64,000 bases of DNA from Raillietiella orientalis. Lineage: Eukaryota. Below the pieces are notes generated by a model. It did no database searches, had not been told where the DNA came from, and was given only the letters and a program-made list of their open reading frames with translations. Position 1 is the stretch's first letter; the number at the start of each line of letters is the position of its first letter. Made by a program: the position numbers and the translations under genes. The stretch covers positions 1,550,001 to 1,614,000 of the forward strand of contig JAYWIR010000017.1 in the NCBI GenBank assembly GCA_036172245.1. Direction: 5' to 3'. Of the stretch, positions 12,109 to 25,400 are shown piece by piece.

Positions 12109-15100
12109 CTGGAGAGAAACGAGAGAAATTAAAACATGATCAGGTCAATGAGCATAACATCTTAGAGCACAGAGCCCTTTAATGAAAGCTACCTTCCCAA
12201 AGTTAAAGATATTCAATAGAAAGAATAGAAACAAAACTGACAACTGTCGCACAAGCATACAATCGGCAGATTTTGCAAGGATTCGAATGCTGCTGATTGG
12301 TAGGTGGAGAGCTGATCCCGAGTTACCACAATCGGGATCGAGAGGGAGTCAAAGACTTTGAAATAAATTCCAGTGCTGTGTGAACAGGTTCTATTCTTCC
12401 CGAGTGTTAACTTTGAGGAGTCTCGAAAGCACCCCATCGGTTTCCTTTTCCTTGGAACTGTGACAAGCCTGTTTGCATCAAACTAAATTTGCTCTTTCTC
12501 ATTATTGCACGTCTCATTAACTTTCAATAGCAAGCAAAGCAAAGAAAAGCAAAAGAAAAAAAAAAGGCACTCACAGTTAAAGACTTCAAGATACTGGTTT
12601 GGCTACTGTAGGCAACAGGATTCTCTACATGAATTTCAAGAAACCATTATGGATAAACTAATCTATTCAACTTTCAAAAGATGCCTTCCAAGAATCAGAA
12701 AGACTAAAAACAGCTCTCATGAAAAGTCGACCTGAATATGGACGAAGAGAGGAATCACTTTGCTTATCTATATAGAAACTGAAACAATGAAGATTCTTGT
12801 AAGAAGGACGCAGTGATGCAACTTCCAGTCGAGACAATGCTCACTGGAGTAAACCCATCACGAAATTGATCCTAGTCTGATTAATTAATCCTATATGCTT
12901 CAATTGCTGAAGTTTTTGTTTGCTGGCATTCTGAGATTTAATCGTAAGTCCTCAGGACCATTTGGCACGTCATTAGCTTTGCCATTTCTTCTTGTGCAAG
13001 AATTGACTTCCGCATTTCCAGGTTTTCCTTGAAATCTAAAGACTCAAATGCCCAGGAAGTTAGGTTGACCTAAGTACACTTCTGTGATGACAGATGAAAA
13101 GCCTTTGTTTTGACGGTTTGCTAATGGAATCTCTTGCCTCGATCATGAGTGCAGAGGGGATGTTAGCAAAAGCATTAATCAGTTTCTCTCACTTCAGTTT
13201 TTTCTTACACACCAGAACATATGCACCTTGCTGTTTCATTTCTCAGTACAACAAGTACACAAGCTCCAGGACCATCTCAGCTGTTTCATTTCATAACTCT
13301 AGGAGCTGGCATACAACATGGAAGCATGTGCTTTGTTTGCAATTGAGAGAGAAATTTACATTTAATTTTCTGGGAAGCCTTGCTGTTCGGGAATCAAAAT
13401 AGTGTCCCTTTTATTTGAGCACGATTCCAACATTCATGGCGTGCACACACCGGTTCTGTTTTCACTAAATGTGCTTTCATCATCGGTGAAACCAAATCAT
13501 CTGCTTTCCCAGCATCACGCACGTCTTCATGTTAATGCTGCTATGCGCGTGAAGCAACCGTAAAAGTGGAATAATGATAATCTCGTCCAATCCATTTGAA
13601 ATTCGTAGGACTGCTAAGTTCCTTATCTCCGAGACACAGATACTCCAGAATCCACCTGACTGAATGCTCACAGGCAATGAGGAACCTTATGAAGTTCCCT
13701 TCGTACATGTCTGAGACATCCCCAAGACCGTTTTTTTTTTTTTTTTTTAAAAAAAAAAGGAGAGAAATACTGATAGGTCCAGAAAGGTCCAAGATGCGAA
13801 TCTTGCTGATTGTTTTTTCTCAAGCCTCGTGGTTTTCTGCGCGCAAAACAACTCTGAGGTCGATCAACAAGTGCTCGATAGACGCGAGAAGAACCGGGAT
13901 TTCTGTTAGGAGGGGCAGCATCGTTCTACGTGCACGCACGTGTACAGGTTTTCGTGTTGGTTGCATGACATCATTTAAGAACAAACAGTAATTTGACTTT
14001 GGAAATCGTTCATTTTGATAAATGGAGCGTGAAGCGCTCTCGTTGTTCCCTGAAACCCAAGGGAGGACTTTTTTGATGAGAAGTATTCAGGTAGTGTTCT
14101 AGATTCCCTGGTGAACATTTCTTGCGTGCAGCAAAACATCCAACAAATCGGCAAAGGATGGCCGGCATGATGGTGGTGCCAAAACTCCCACAACAAACAA
14201 AACAAAAAGATCCAACAATAGGAAACGGAAGGAGAAAGGGGGGTGGGTGTGACATTTCCCAGTTGCCGACGCATCCTTTTTCGTTCTTCATCTCCGAATT
14301 TAGAGTTCTGAGGGAGTTCCGAACCGGCGTTGATCACTTGCGTCTCTAGAGCGAGAGTTCGTGGGTGCGAAATCTTCCGCGAGTTTTCATCTCAGCCCAC
14401 ATCTGTAAAGGATGAGAGGTACTGATCGCCTATCTTGAGATCAATGCTCAGAAACCGCCGCTTTCAGCCGCGGGAGCTTTAGCTCGGTTTCAGAAAAAGC
14501 CAGTGCTTCCCGTGTGCTTATCCTGGAATGAGGTTTTCGAAAACGGCGACCTCGTAGTTTTGAAAAGCAGGAGAGAAGGAAGCAACAACAAAAAAGAGAC
14601 AAATAAGTAAACACGGCCATCGTAAAAGAAATATCGGCAGCCTAAATAAAACAAGAGCCTGCAAACACGGAGGCAAAGAAGAATCGCTGAAGATGAAAGA
14701 TAAATTGCGACAGGGGCAACAGTTTCTCGAAAGTGGCGCAATTCTTACCATCTTGGTGTCTCAGATCATGTCTCCGGAGCAGACATGACATCGGAATGAA
14801 GTGAGGTGCCAAAACAGGATACTCGGAAAGATTTGTTATGAGTTACGCGTGACACGGAATCTTCCAAGAGTTTACTTTTGGGAGCTTTCAGATCTCGTTA
14901 GTGTTTAGAAGGGTGAAAGAAGGATATTTACTGGGAGACCCCGAAAACGGAGAGGTCGCTCAGGAAACGGCTTCCTATTTATTCGCCTTGCAGCTTCACT
15001 GGCTCAACCCTCAAGTACGAACACCGAGTAAATACCTTACTTTAATTATAGAGCACTGTTTCCGGGAAACTCGTGGTTTCGCATCTCCCTCCTGTGTAAC

Positions 15101-18100
15101 AGGAAATTGTCAACGTTACCAAAGGAAGCGACTGAGGGACCACAGTGCAACCGCGTTCGAGGTTTTCGATTGGAAGGAAGAAGAAAAGGAGCAGAAGGAG
15201 GGGGCGGGGGTGGGGTGAGGTGGGGGGAAACCCTCCGATAACTCATTTGTGCTCCATTAGCACAAGAATTCGGTGTGCGGCAGGGGATTCGCTTCCGCAG
15301 CATCTCACGCATTCCTGCTGTTTGCCGGCCCGCTGACTCTTCAAACCTGCGCGCCCTTCACTTCCCTCAAGACAGATGGCTCCAATGCTTCTCATTAGAA
15401 GCGGCCATCTATCATACATCTACTTCCTCCACTGCACTCTTCGCAGAGCATCGAGATCACATCCATTCCGAATCTCATGTATCCGGCAGTCGTCCTGTGA
15501 GGATCTTGAGAAACGCATCTGTGTTGCACACTTCCGTGTCTCAGATGTGCCGAAGTTATGACCCATGCGTGCACGTACAGGTAAACGCAGAAAGCTATAT
15601 GCCTTGCACGTGCGCAACGTGCACATACAATACACATGTACGGATGTGTACCCACATGCTTGTACAAATGCGTGCTCGCAACGCAAACGGGAACGTGCGG
15701 AGCGTTCAGTGAATGAAGAGAGATGAAACATGCACAAGATTTCCTGGAGCAAACGTGCAGGAGGGAACCGGCAGCGCCGTGCGCGCGGTTCGAAGCTCGC
15801 CCCAAGGGGACAAGAAACGACTGTGACTTGAAAGACAAGCTGGGTCCTGCCGCTTCATCTGGACTGTTTCCGGGAAACCTCTTCCGCTCAAGGCCTGCCC
15901 CGGAAGGACCCAAAGCTTTTGTGCGTGGACTCCTTGGACACAGAGACGGGAAGCGCGGCAGCGTGTTGCTATGCGCGGCGGCAAACGCCCCGACTCGTGC
16001 TCTCATTTCCGCGCACGAAGAGAGCAGCAGCTCGGGTTTCGGTGCTCCGCACTCGGGTATCGACAGTGCCTCCATCGCGCCGCCGCAGCGTGCCATCTCT
16101 GCCGTGCCAACCACCTACCGCCCTCCCTTGCCGAGTCCACTCTCGAAAGGGGTTCGGTCTGCCTGTTTCCGTGGAGACTGTGTTTCTGGTTTCACCTTCC
16201 GTGACCTGGGGTCTCCTCCGCCGGGACGAGTGGCAGGTGCGCGAGCTCTTGCTCCGAAACCTGGGGCTCGCGCACGGCGGGGCGCCATCCGACTCCGCGC
16301 CGGTCTTGCAGGCCCACGGAAACGTTTTCCTCTTCTCATCCCGCCTTTGTTTCCTTCCTGTGCCCCCGGCAAACCGTGCGCGCCGGGGCACCTACTTTCC
16401 GCGCTCCACGAGATGGACTGCGTCCCGGGAGGGTGAGACAAACCGGAACGGGGGGGGGGCGCTGCGCCAAAGGCAAAGAAGTGACGGGAGCTTTTGCCGT
16501 GAGCGGCGCCATGTCGGAGCACATCCCCAGAAGCGAGACGAAGAGAAGAGGAAGGGCCAGGAACAGGGATGCCTTGCTCCTGACGCTCCCCGAGAGGGGG
16601 AAGGGGGGAGGGAATTCCCGTTTTCCCCGCAGAAGGCGAGAGGATCAAGGGAAATCTGCGGATCCGTTTCGTGTCATCTCGGGTATCCAGGAGACACCCC
16701 TTGTCTCGTCCGGGGAAGCGAAGGTGCTGCTGCGGAGGCTAACATTTTCCAGATGAACCCCCGCTTCATCAGGAAAACCCCGGAAGAGATCCTCCATGGG
16801 AGTTGCCAAGCCGCCACCTATTGGGGCTGTGGGGTGGGGCGGAGGTGGAGTCCGTAAGTTGGTCCAATGGATTCCAAGGAGAAGGAGGAGGAAGGGAAGA
16901 GGAGGAAGAGGAGCGGACACGTCCACGGTCGTCCCTTCTCGTCCACCGCCGTCGCGGGAATCTGGCAGTCGGCGCGGTGAGTTTAGGAGGAACAGTGGCA
17001 CTATCCGGGATGCATGACCTTCCTTCCTACCCGCGACAGCGGTGGGAGCGGAGAAACGATCGTGGGCACGTCCGCTCTTCCTCCAATCTCTGAGATGACC
17101 AAATAGGGGAGCGAGCAGGAAGGTGCTGGGCAAACCGGGCACGCGGCAGGTCACTCCTGGCGTCTCTCCTGTGGCGACGAAGAGAAGGAAAGGGGGAGGA
17201 GGAGGGAAGATCGCCACTGAAGACCCCAATCGTGGTTGTGTCACGGCAACACCTCTCCTCCTGAGGAGTGCTGGCGTCGTGTGAAGCTCGCCTTTCCTCT
17301 GTGCTGCCATGCCGACCGAAAGAGGGATCCCTCTTTCTCTGGTTTGAGCTCCTGGTTCTCGGATTTGCAGCCTCCATTCCTCCTCCCCCTCCTCTTCCTG
17401 TTCCTCTCAGTGGGAACTTTTCCCCTTCCTCCTCCTCCTCTCCTCCAGCTCTCTCGCACCCTGTTTTCCCACACTCCAATTTCGTTCCTCACTGTGGAGC
17501 TCCTCTTATTCCTCCTCCCTGGAAGAGGGTGACCATGGAGACGCGAGTGCAGCGTGCTCTGCGCGGAGCATCACCTGCAACAGCTCGGGACCGGTTCGTC
17601 GCAGGCGGCTGGCTGGACCCCTGAGGAGTTTCTCGTGACTCTCCTGAGGAATCAGGCGCTGTGCGCGTCCTGGCCGCTCCCATGAGCGCTTCCCCCCTTT
17701 CTCCTCTCCCCCTCGGTGTCTGGGAGAAGCAGGAGGGCAGCAGGAGGAGTCTGACAGGAAGGGTGCTGGCTGAAGTGGTGGTGGTGGAGGGAGTGGGGAG
17801 GAGGGGAAAGAAGAGGAGAGGAAGGTGGCAGAGACGTGGCCGAGGGGAGATGAACTCTGACCCTTTTGCTTTGCTCCTTGACAGGCACGACGAGGGAGGA
17901 AGAGGGAATGGAAGACGACGTCGGCAAGCCTCCCCTTCCCGTTTAGTCACTCTCCTTCCCTGCCTGCTTTGATTCTGGAAGGAGAGGAATCGAGGGAAGG
18001 AAAGGCTGATGACTAACGGCGGGCGGGAAGGCTGAGGACAAGTTGCCTACGTCCGCGGATGTGGGGGGAGCAATCAGTCCGCTTCTCTGATCGCCTTCTT

Positions 18101-18741
18101 TCTCTCCGATCGGAAAGGGAGGGAGAAAGAACCAGGAAGAACCTTTTCTCTCTCTCTCTCTCCCTCGATGAAGGGTAATCCGTAGCGAGGACTCCTGAAC
18201 CACAGATCGACAGCAGGGCATTTTCTCTTTTGCTGATCTCCTCCTCTTTCCACATCGCATCCCCCTTTCGTGGGGGACCAGCAGGGGATTCGGAAATGAA
18301 GGGTGGAGGAAGCCGGAGGAACCGGAACGGTGGCGAAGGGGGCAGGACGCTGAGGGCTTCTTCCCTTGAGGAGAAGAAGCAGGATGGTTCCTTCAAATGG
18401 AAAGGGCATCTCCTGAAACTCTTGGGGGCACCGGCAGATCCAGCCTCCCTCTTCCCTCCTTCGTCCGCCCGCAAGATGAAGGAGCATGTGCACAGGGTCA
18501 CGTCCTACGAGGGATGGAAGCAGAAGAGGCAGCAGAGAGGTCAGGGTTTTTTTCTTTCACCCAAGAGACTCGAGGCAATCGGGTGGTACGGAGGACCACG
18601 TGAGTGCCAGGAAGGGCACCATCGACCTGTAAACACCTCCTTCGGGAAGCCATCCATTTTGCGGGCGGGATCTGCGTCGCGAAGGATGCACACGTCCTCT
18701 CCGGGTGTTATGTTTCGGCAGGGCTCCGCTAAGGTAAATAC

Positions 18742-18865
18742 GTGTTGCGGGGAGGTCTCGAGTCCGCCGCCTCTGTCCGAGAGCGCACGCGCGGTGGTGG
18801 GCGGCGCGAACGCGCCTGGAGGGACGCGGGCGCGCGCTCCTTTTCAAGTCTCACCGGCCCGGAGA
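18742..18865 (+). repeat. Copy 1 of a ~125-bp dispersed direct repeat
   Basis: Aligns by hand to 19854-19978 with about 16 substitutions and 2 small indels. Confidence 0.9.
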
Positions 18866-19853
18866 TCCTCCTGCATCCCCGAAGGGGCCTCCGTTCGCCA
18901 TCCTCGTCGCCCGATTCCCCCCGTAAATCTCGGAGGGAGTCGCTCCGGACGCATCCGCGGAGAGAGGATATAAAAATAGATCTGAGAAACGTGGGTGGAA
19001 AAATCCCGAAAGTCCCCCCGAAAAATGGCGGCGGCGGCGGCGGCAGAAGAAGAGGAAGGCGAGGAAGAGGTAAATCAGGAGGAGAAAGAGAGGGATAGGG
19101 GTAGGAAGGGTAGGAGGGCTGGTAGGGGACACGCACACCCGTCAATCCCGGCGCAGCTTCCACTCACAAGAAAAGCAGGAGAGAGAGCTTCGGGAGATCG
19201 GCGAGTATCCTGTGGAGGGCAGCCCGGGCAGGGCTTTCCCGCTCGACCACCTGATTACTCGGTTGACTTTTGGCTCACCTATCTTCTGCAGTGTTCACGT
19301 CTTCTGCCGCGCTAAAAGGATGGCGCGCGGGGACTTGGACCGCCAGAGCACAAATTTTTGGTCAGCACTGAGTCCTCAAGAGGGAAAGCAGCCCTCTTTC
19401 TCCCTCTTCCCTTTCTTCGGATCAAGATGGGAGGAGGTCGTCTCTGTGCCTACACAGGTGACCCTGTCGGTGAGCCATAGCTGCTGCGAGCGGGAACCTT
19501 CTGCGTCGCATCACACACACGCTCTCGGGGAAATCACTTCTTCGTGAGGGTTTCCTCCGGGCGAGCTGCGAACGGTCCAGCTCTGGATTCTGCGTACGGC
19601 GGAAATCTGCCCATCTTCCCAGCGGAGAGAGAGAGCAATGTTGCGTGTTCGAGGCGGTGTCCCCTCTGATCTCTGGCGGGAGTGCGCAAGCCCTCGGGCG
19701 GCGCACAAGAGAACCGCCTCCGTTCTTAGCTTCTTTGTCGCGATACCTCCTTCAGTGCGGCACCAGGCGGCATCGAGCGCGCGCAGCGCCGTTGCCCTGG
19801 ACCGAGATTTTCCTGGTTCCCCGATCGAGGACTGAAGAGGGTCCCCTCAGGCA

Positions 19854-19978
19854 GTGTTGTGAGGAGGTCGTCCCGAGTCCGCTGCCTTGGTCCGAGCGCA
19901 CACGAGCGGTGGTGGGAGGAGCGAACGCCTGGAGGGACGCGAGCGCGTGCTCCTTTCCAAGTCTCCCCGGGCCGGAGA
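19854..19978 (+). repeat. Copy 2 of the ~125-bp dispersed direct repeat
   Basis: Shares gtgttg...gagtccg...gcggtggtggg...gcctggagggacgcg...caagtctc...ccggaga with 18742-18865. Confidence 0.9.
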
Positions 19979-21085
19979 GGAGGCAGAGGAGGTGGACGCG
20001 ACAGCCGAAAGGACGAACTTCAACGGACCATTCAAAGAGCGGTAACCGGGATGAACTCTCCCGCTTTTCAAGGTGGGTTCCTCGTTTTCCCACTTGAAGT
20101 CCACCTCAAGTAATTTGAAAGGGGAAGATCTTTGAAATTCTGCGGTCAGGTTATGTGTGAGAAGATCCAAGAATTGCAAGAAGACGCTCCAGGGCTTCTC
20201 GAAAGGCAGGAAACACACTTGGACAAACAATGTGACCCAGGACATCTCCTCTGTGTGAAAGAGAGTTTGAACCGAGAAGAGTAGGCGTTGGAAAATGGGG
20301 AGCTGTGAAAAAATGGAGGAGTTGAGGTGAGTGTCTTAAGCTTAGAAAAATCCCCAAGTTCCTCAAAGACGTCTCAGCTCTCAAAGTGAAGAGCCTTTCA
20401 TAGCATCCCTGGCTCATGCATGGCTCTGGCTATCCTTATGCATCTCAAATTCCTTGGCTGGAATTCGTAGTCACTTCCGTACTCCCTTGAAGCCACTTTC
20501 GGTATCACGCTGCGCCCGCTATCCCTCCCGAATATCTTCATACGACCATAAAGATATTCGGGAGTTATCTCATAACAGACTTGGGACTTTTCAGGCTTCA
20601 TTCCAGCTCGCGTGGGTGCACGAAGGTAAAAGCAGCAGCTGGGGGAGGCGAAAAATCGACTCTGTGGGTAGGTCATTCAAGTGGAACACCGCTCGAGGAA
20701 CGCGACGAGTGCATCGCAGCTTCTTGGCTGAATCAGTCAGATCAAAACAAATGCTGCTCATCAGAGTATCTGAGCTTACTGCACCAAGTGAGCGGAAAGT
20801 GAGCATTTGTGGAATTGAGGCCGTTCTAGAATCATCCACGAGCTGTACGCTGAACTGTGAATAAACTGGAACAGGATCACGGCAGCATCAGTAGGATAAA
20901 ATTGACAAATGTGGAATTTATGCTCTAGAAATCCCTCCCACGAATAATCTCTGAAAGGCAGTGGTCCGGAAGCAAGCGAGGAACACACGCCACGTGACTG
21001 GTACTAACAACTACAAAGGACCCTTTTGAACATGAGCACTAAACTTGCAGAATTTCCTTCGCGCCAAGAACACAGAATGCCTTAC

Positions 21086-21183
21086 CTTTGAGATCTTTGA
21101 TTTGGACTTGAGGGAAAATGAATTTTTGGTAGTTCCTGGACTTGGGAGCGTTGTTCGGCAAGTGGTTCAGCACCTCCACGACG
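21086..21183 (-). CDS. Tbx1: Tbx1 coding exon 7 (VVEVLNHLPNNAPKSRNYQKFIFPQVQIKDLK-G)
   Basis: Acceptor cattcttgtatccacag and donor AAAG|GTAAGG. It is a 98-nt open exon that starts in phase 2 and ends in phase 1, exactly the phases needed to join exon 6 to exon 8. Confidence 0.8.
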
Positions 21184-22378
21184 CTGTGGATACAAGAATG
21201 TTATTCGAGGCAGGAGCACCACGGACGAAGAAATTTTTCGAAACGCCCACTGTGCATTTTTTTTTTTTTCTACTGAGATACTGATCGGTTTTATCAAGAG
21301 AAGAAAATTCCTGCTAACGGTAAACCGCTTCCCCCCGCTTGAATCGAAAGAGATGTGCAGTATTGTACGAGCGAGTGGACGAGTGTACGTTGGTCGAATG
21401 ATATGCACACAGTATCCGAAAGGAAGACACGTGAAACTTTTCCCATATCATTAAGATCGTAAGCAGAGTAATAAAATCATATCAAAGCCATTCGAACGCT
21501 GGAGTTCTGCCATTTTTGTCGGTTGCAACGGAAGAACAATCAAGCAAAAGAAGCTGGAAAAGTACTAAGAAAGAAACCATGTGTATCGAAGGCATAGATA
21601 CACGCTATTTAAAAGAGTAGAGCGATCTGGAAGATTCATGCATGCATTCGTCTGTGCATACGTTTTTTTTTTTTTTTGATCCATAAAAACAAGATGCATG
21701 ATGCCCTGTTGAGATTCACAGACTGTGAATTATGATATTCCACTGTAAGTCTGGAGCAGCCTGTTCTTTTGACGAATAACGGGAGATGTTGGAGATGAAT
21801 TGCAGAATTTCGGTTCCGGTAGCTCAGTACGCTGCGCATTCGGCGTTCTCAATGAAGCTTCCCTGGAAATCACCTTGCAGTTCTTCCGTGAACATCATGA
21901 TAAGAAATCTTGGTCACCACAGTCGGTTACTACGCAGCTTAGCGCGTTCAGTAATGCAACGGACCACGAAAATTGTTGGTGCGCGTTAGCAGCGTCATTC
22001 GGAAAGGTGCAAAAACTCAAAGGCAACATGCAAAAGTAACAACACCACGTCACTTCTGGATTTGAGATAATTAAAGACAGTGCAGAGGCGCCAAAATCTT
22101 GATGCATATGATGCAACAGGTGGTCATCACAAGTGGCGAAAGCAGATTCGTAGACCAGAAAGAGAATCAGGTCACAACAGTAAATAAATTCTTCGTGACG
22201 GTATGATGAAGAATCTGATGATGAACAGTGCATCAAAAAGGATTTTCAGAGCTTTTCGGTTGGAAATGGAATGAACTTTTGCAAATTTATGATATCATGC
22301 AGCTTCAGTCTGCTCCATTAGACAAGAAAATAATCACTTCGATTCATATCCCAGGAAATTTCATTCTAGCGCTTCCAT

Positions 22379-22402
22379 TATATATATATATATATATATA
22401 TA
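22379..22402. repeat. (TA)12 microsatellite
   Basis: Perfect TA run read directly. Confidence 0.95.
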
Positions 22403-25400
22403 AAGTAATATTTCTAAAAAATCATTTGAAAGAATCTCCGAGAACTTGAACCGACATACAATAAAGTTGCTTTGTTTTTAATGAGCATCCTTCAGAATGC
22501 CTCGAGTTTTAATAGCCGATGCGTTTTGTCTGTTCGTGAGATCCTTCTACAAGAGTTTGCATGAATCCGTTGTTGATTGATTTCCGGCCATCGATGGTAC
22601 GAAACAAAAATTCGGAAATCCGAAAAAAGAACTTTGAATGCAGCCTCTCTATCATATTCATAGCAAACTGTGGAGTTACTGACCACTGGTTCGCACAGGT
22701 TTGCTTACAGATTTATAAAATGATTATTCCTCAGTCTTGGAATGTGCTGCTTAAGCAGAGTTCATCTAGTCCACGTTGATGTTGATGATATCATCAGCTA
22801 ACCAACCAACCTTACACAGAAATTACATACCCTGATTCATTTGTTATACGATATTCAATCGTTGTTTTTAAGAAATAACGGTTAGTTTTCATCTTTCTCA
22901 AATACATTCTCATGTCAAGCCGGTCATACCATTTCAAAATCCTAAATAAACAAGTATTTTCCCTCAAGTTTACTCGATTCATGAAGCATTTCGCTCAAGA
23001 TACATCCACTGAAAATGGTACTTCGCTGACAAATGTGGTCGCCGACAACGCTATCTTTTCTTTTTTGTTTCTTCAGGGATGTGGGGAAATTTAGCAGTCC
23101 AAAGAATCGCTGAAGACTCCTAAATTAGTTTCAGTTTGTAGCAAAGAGAACGTTCCACAACTGGCATTTTATATTTCCAACAATTGTTATGTAATATTCT
23201 AGTCATTAGCTACTACTCATTTGTTCGTCATGTCTGTGGAAGGTGGTGGTAGATAGAGAAGTTTCAATCTAAGTGAATCAATTTGTTTAAACCAATAGAA
23301 CGTTGAATTCATAAAAGCTGTGTGGAGAGACAAACAAGCCTTTCTATCTACTAATTCTAGAAGGAAAAGAAACTGATTTGAATTCGTAGAGTGAATTAAA
23401 TAGTATTTCAGCTTCCTTGGAACAGATGCGATCGAACAGATGCGACTTCTCTTCTTGGCGGGAGCAGTTTCAGCAAAAGCTCTAACTTGCTTCGGAAACA
23501 ACTCGGGTAGAAACAACACTTTCAACACAAAATTGCAGGGCACCAGATAAAAGTCAGCGTCAATGATTAAGGAATAAAATGACATGCAAATCCAAACACC
23601 TTAAAGAATTTCAAAAATTGGACACGTGTGTAGAAAGATGTATCCGTGCACGAGCATGCTGATAAGTAAAAATGCACATACAAATTTGTGTCGAATGATT
23701 ATACATACATAAATTCACACATACACACCTTTAATATAATAAAGTCTACATGACGATTTATGCAAATTATGTCCAATTGTTAATTCATCTCAGAACTGCA
23801 CATGGTAAATTTAATAAGTTGTTTGTAAGGATGGAGAAAGAATCATTACGCGAGTGTCATTCTTTAAGCTGTGTCGAGGGACATTTAATTCCTATGAAGT
23901 TCAGTGTAGGTATCCCATAAGGGAAGCATAAATACATTGAGACTTGTAGATGACCAATTCCACTCAATCTAGTCATATTTCAAAAGCACCTATTCCCACA
24001 GAATAGAATGCATCAGAGTAACAAGAAAAAGCCACAGATTAAGAGGATATCAGCGTCCTACCACAATAGACAGTTAAAATCAAACTGTATAGGAATTCTA
24101 TCATAAGTAGGTTCTAGAATGAGACCTTTGTTTTGTAACGGAATGGGATCGCAACGAATTTCCACCAGCAATCTCAAGAAGATGCTAGGATGCACATCAC
24201 AAAAAAAAAAAAACTGCTTTTTCTAAAGGATCACGACTCCAGTTTCGTGCCACGTTCCCAAGGAAACAACAAAAAAAAGAAAACGGGTTTGCAAGAACAC
24301 GTCACTACTTCAGCCACCATAGTTCCCCTAAGAAGCGTTGGACTGCTCTCAGATGAAGGAACCACGTTTCCGCTTTGGTGATCAGCCATGTTAGTCATCA
24401 ACTGTTGCAGCTGTGTCCTCTAGAATGGGATGCAAAACGATCCAGGCAATAAAAACTGAAGTCTTGGCCTGAATAGTTTCGAAGTCGAGAACAGCAGCTT
24501 TGTTTTTGTTTGCCTTTTAAGCATCTTGTTAACAACAAAGCGAAAATTATAAGCGGAGATAAATAAAAAAAGAAAACAGAGAAAAATACATTACATAGAA
24601 AGAAAAATGGAAATCACAGTAGCTGGGAGTTTGTTTTGAGAAAACGGATAACTACCGACAAATTTCCATTGCTCTTTGCACAAAAATAAGAGAGACAATT
24701 CGAAAGCATCAAGAAAAAAAAAAAAAAAAAAAACCACCAGTCATCTTACGCCCAGAATATCGTAACGCCCTTTTCTTAGTTTTCGGAATTTTTGCCATCT
24801 TGATCCAATCCCACCATGTTTTACTGAGAGAAGAAGCAAGGCTTGAGGAAGCTGTCTATCCTGTTGGTGGACTGCTGAAGTTCTGTGGAAATCACTTCAT
24901 GGATGGTAAGCAAGAATAAGCAAGCTGCTTTGGGGGAAGGAAGGGATCTAAACCATACAACGGTTTGACACATGGGAAGGGAACACATCCGTTGCAGTAA
25001 ATGAGTAACTCATGTACCTCTCTATGGCTCTATGGCTCCATCAAAAAAGCTCTAAAGCACTGCTTAAGAGATTGGCCAATCCACCAATCACAAAATCGAA
25101 GAAAAACACATTCTACATTTTGGGATATCCAATAAAAAAAGGAAGGGATCAAAGCACATTGGCAAGTATAACAGAATTTTCTTGCAAATGTTCCTCTTTC
25201 AGACCACGAATTTCAAGTCTTTGAAAACGCATGTCTACGTGATCCATCTTGAGGAGAGCAACGCGAAGGATACAACTTGTACAAGCAGGACGCATCGTAT
25301 TGTTCGTGTTCCTGAGAAACACTTGCGCTGGTCAATAGGCAAAATCTGGGAAGTGAAGAAGATGTGGAGCTGTGCATTTCTTCGAATCCCTTCGTTCGAA

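Larger units (their letters stand above)
15700..20050. other. GC/CpG-rich non-coding island within Tbx1 intron 7 (approximate limits)
   Basis: Abrupt shift from AT-rich flanks to CpG-dense DNA with GA/CT tracts. Overlapping low-complexity ORFs in all frames, none recognisable. Confidence 0.7.

Noticed and set aside
14740..14830. Donor ATG|GTAAGA in intron 7 as an extra exon
   Set aside because: No good upstream acceptor in a compatible phase.
15395..20245. Many long overlapping ORFs (up to 312 aa) in the first GC island
   Set aside because: They are Arg/Pro/Gly/Ala-rich, open on both strands, lack domains and lie inside Tbx1 intron 7. This is expected where stop codons are scarce.
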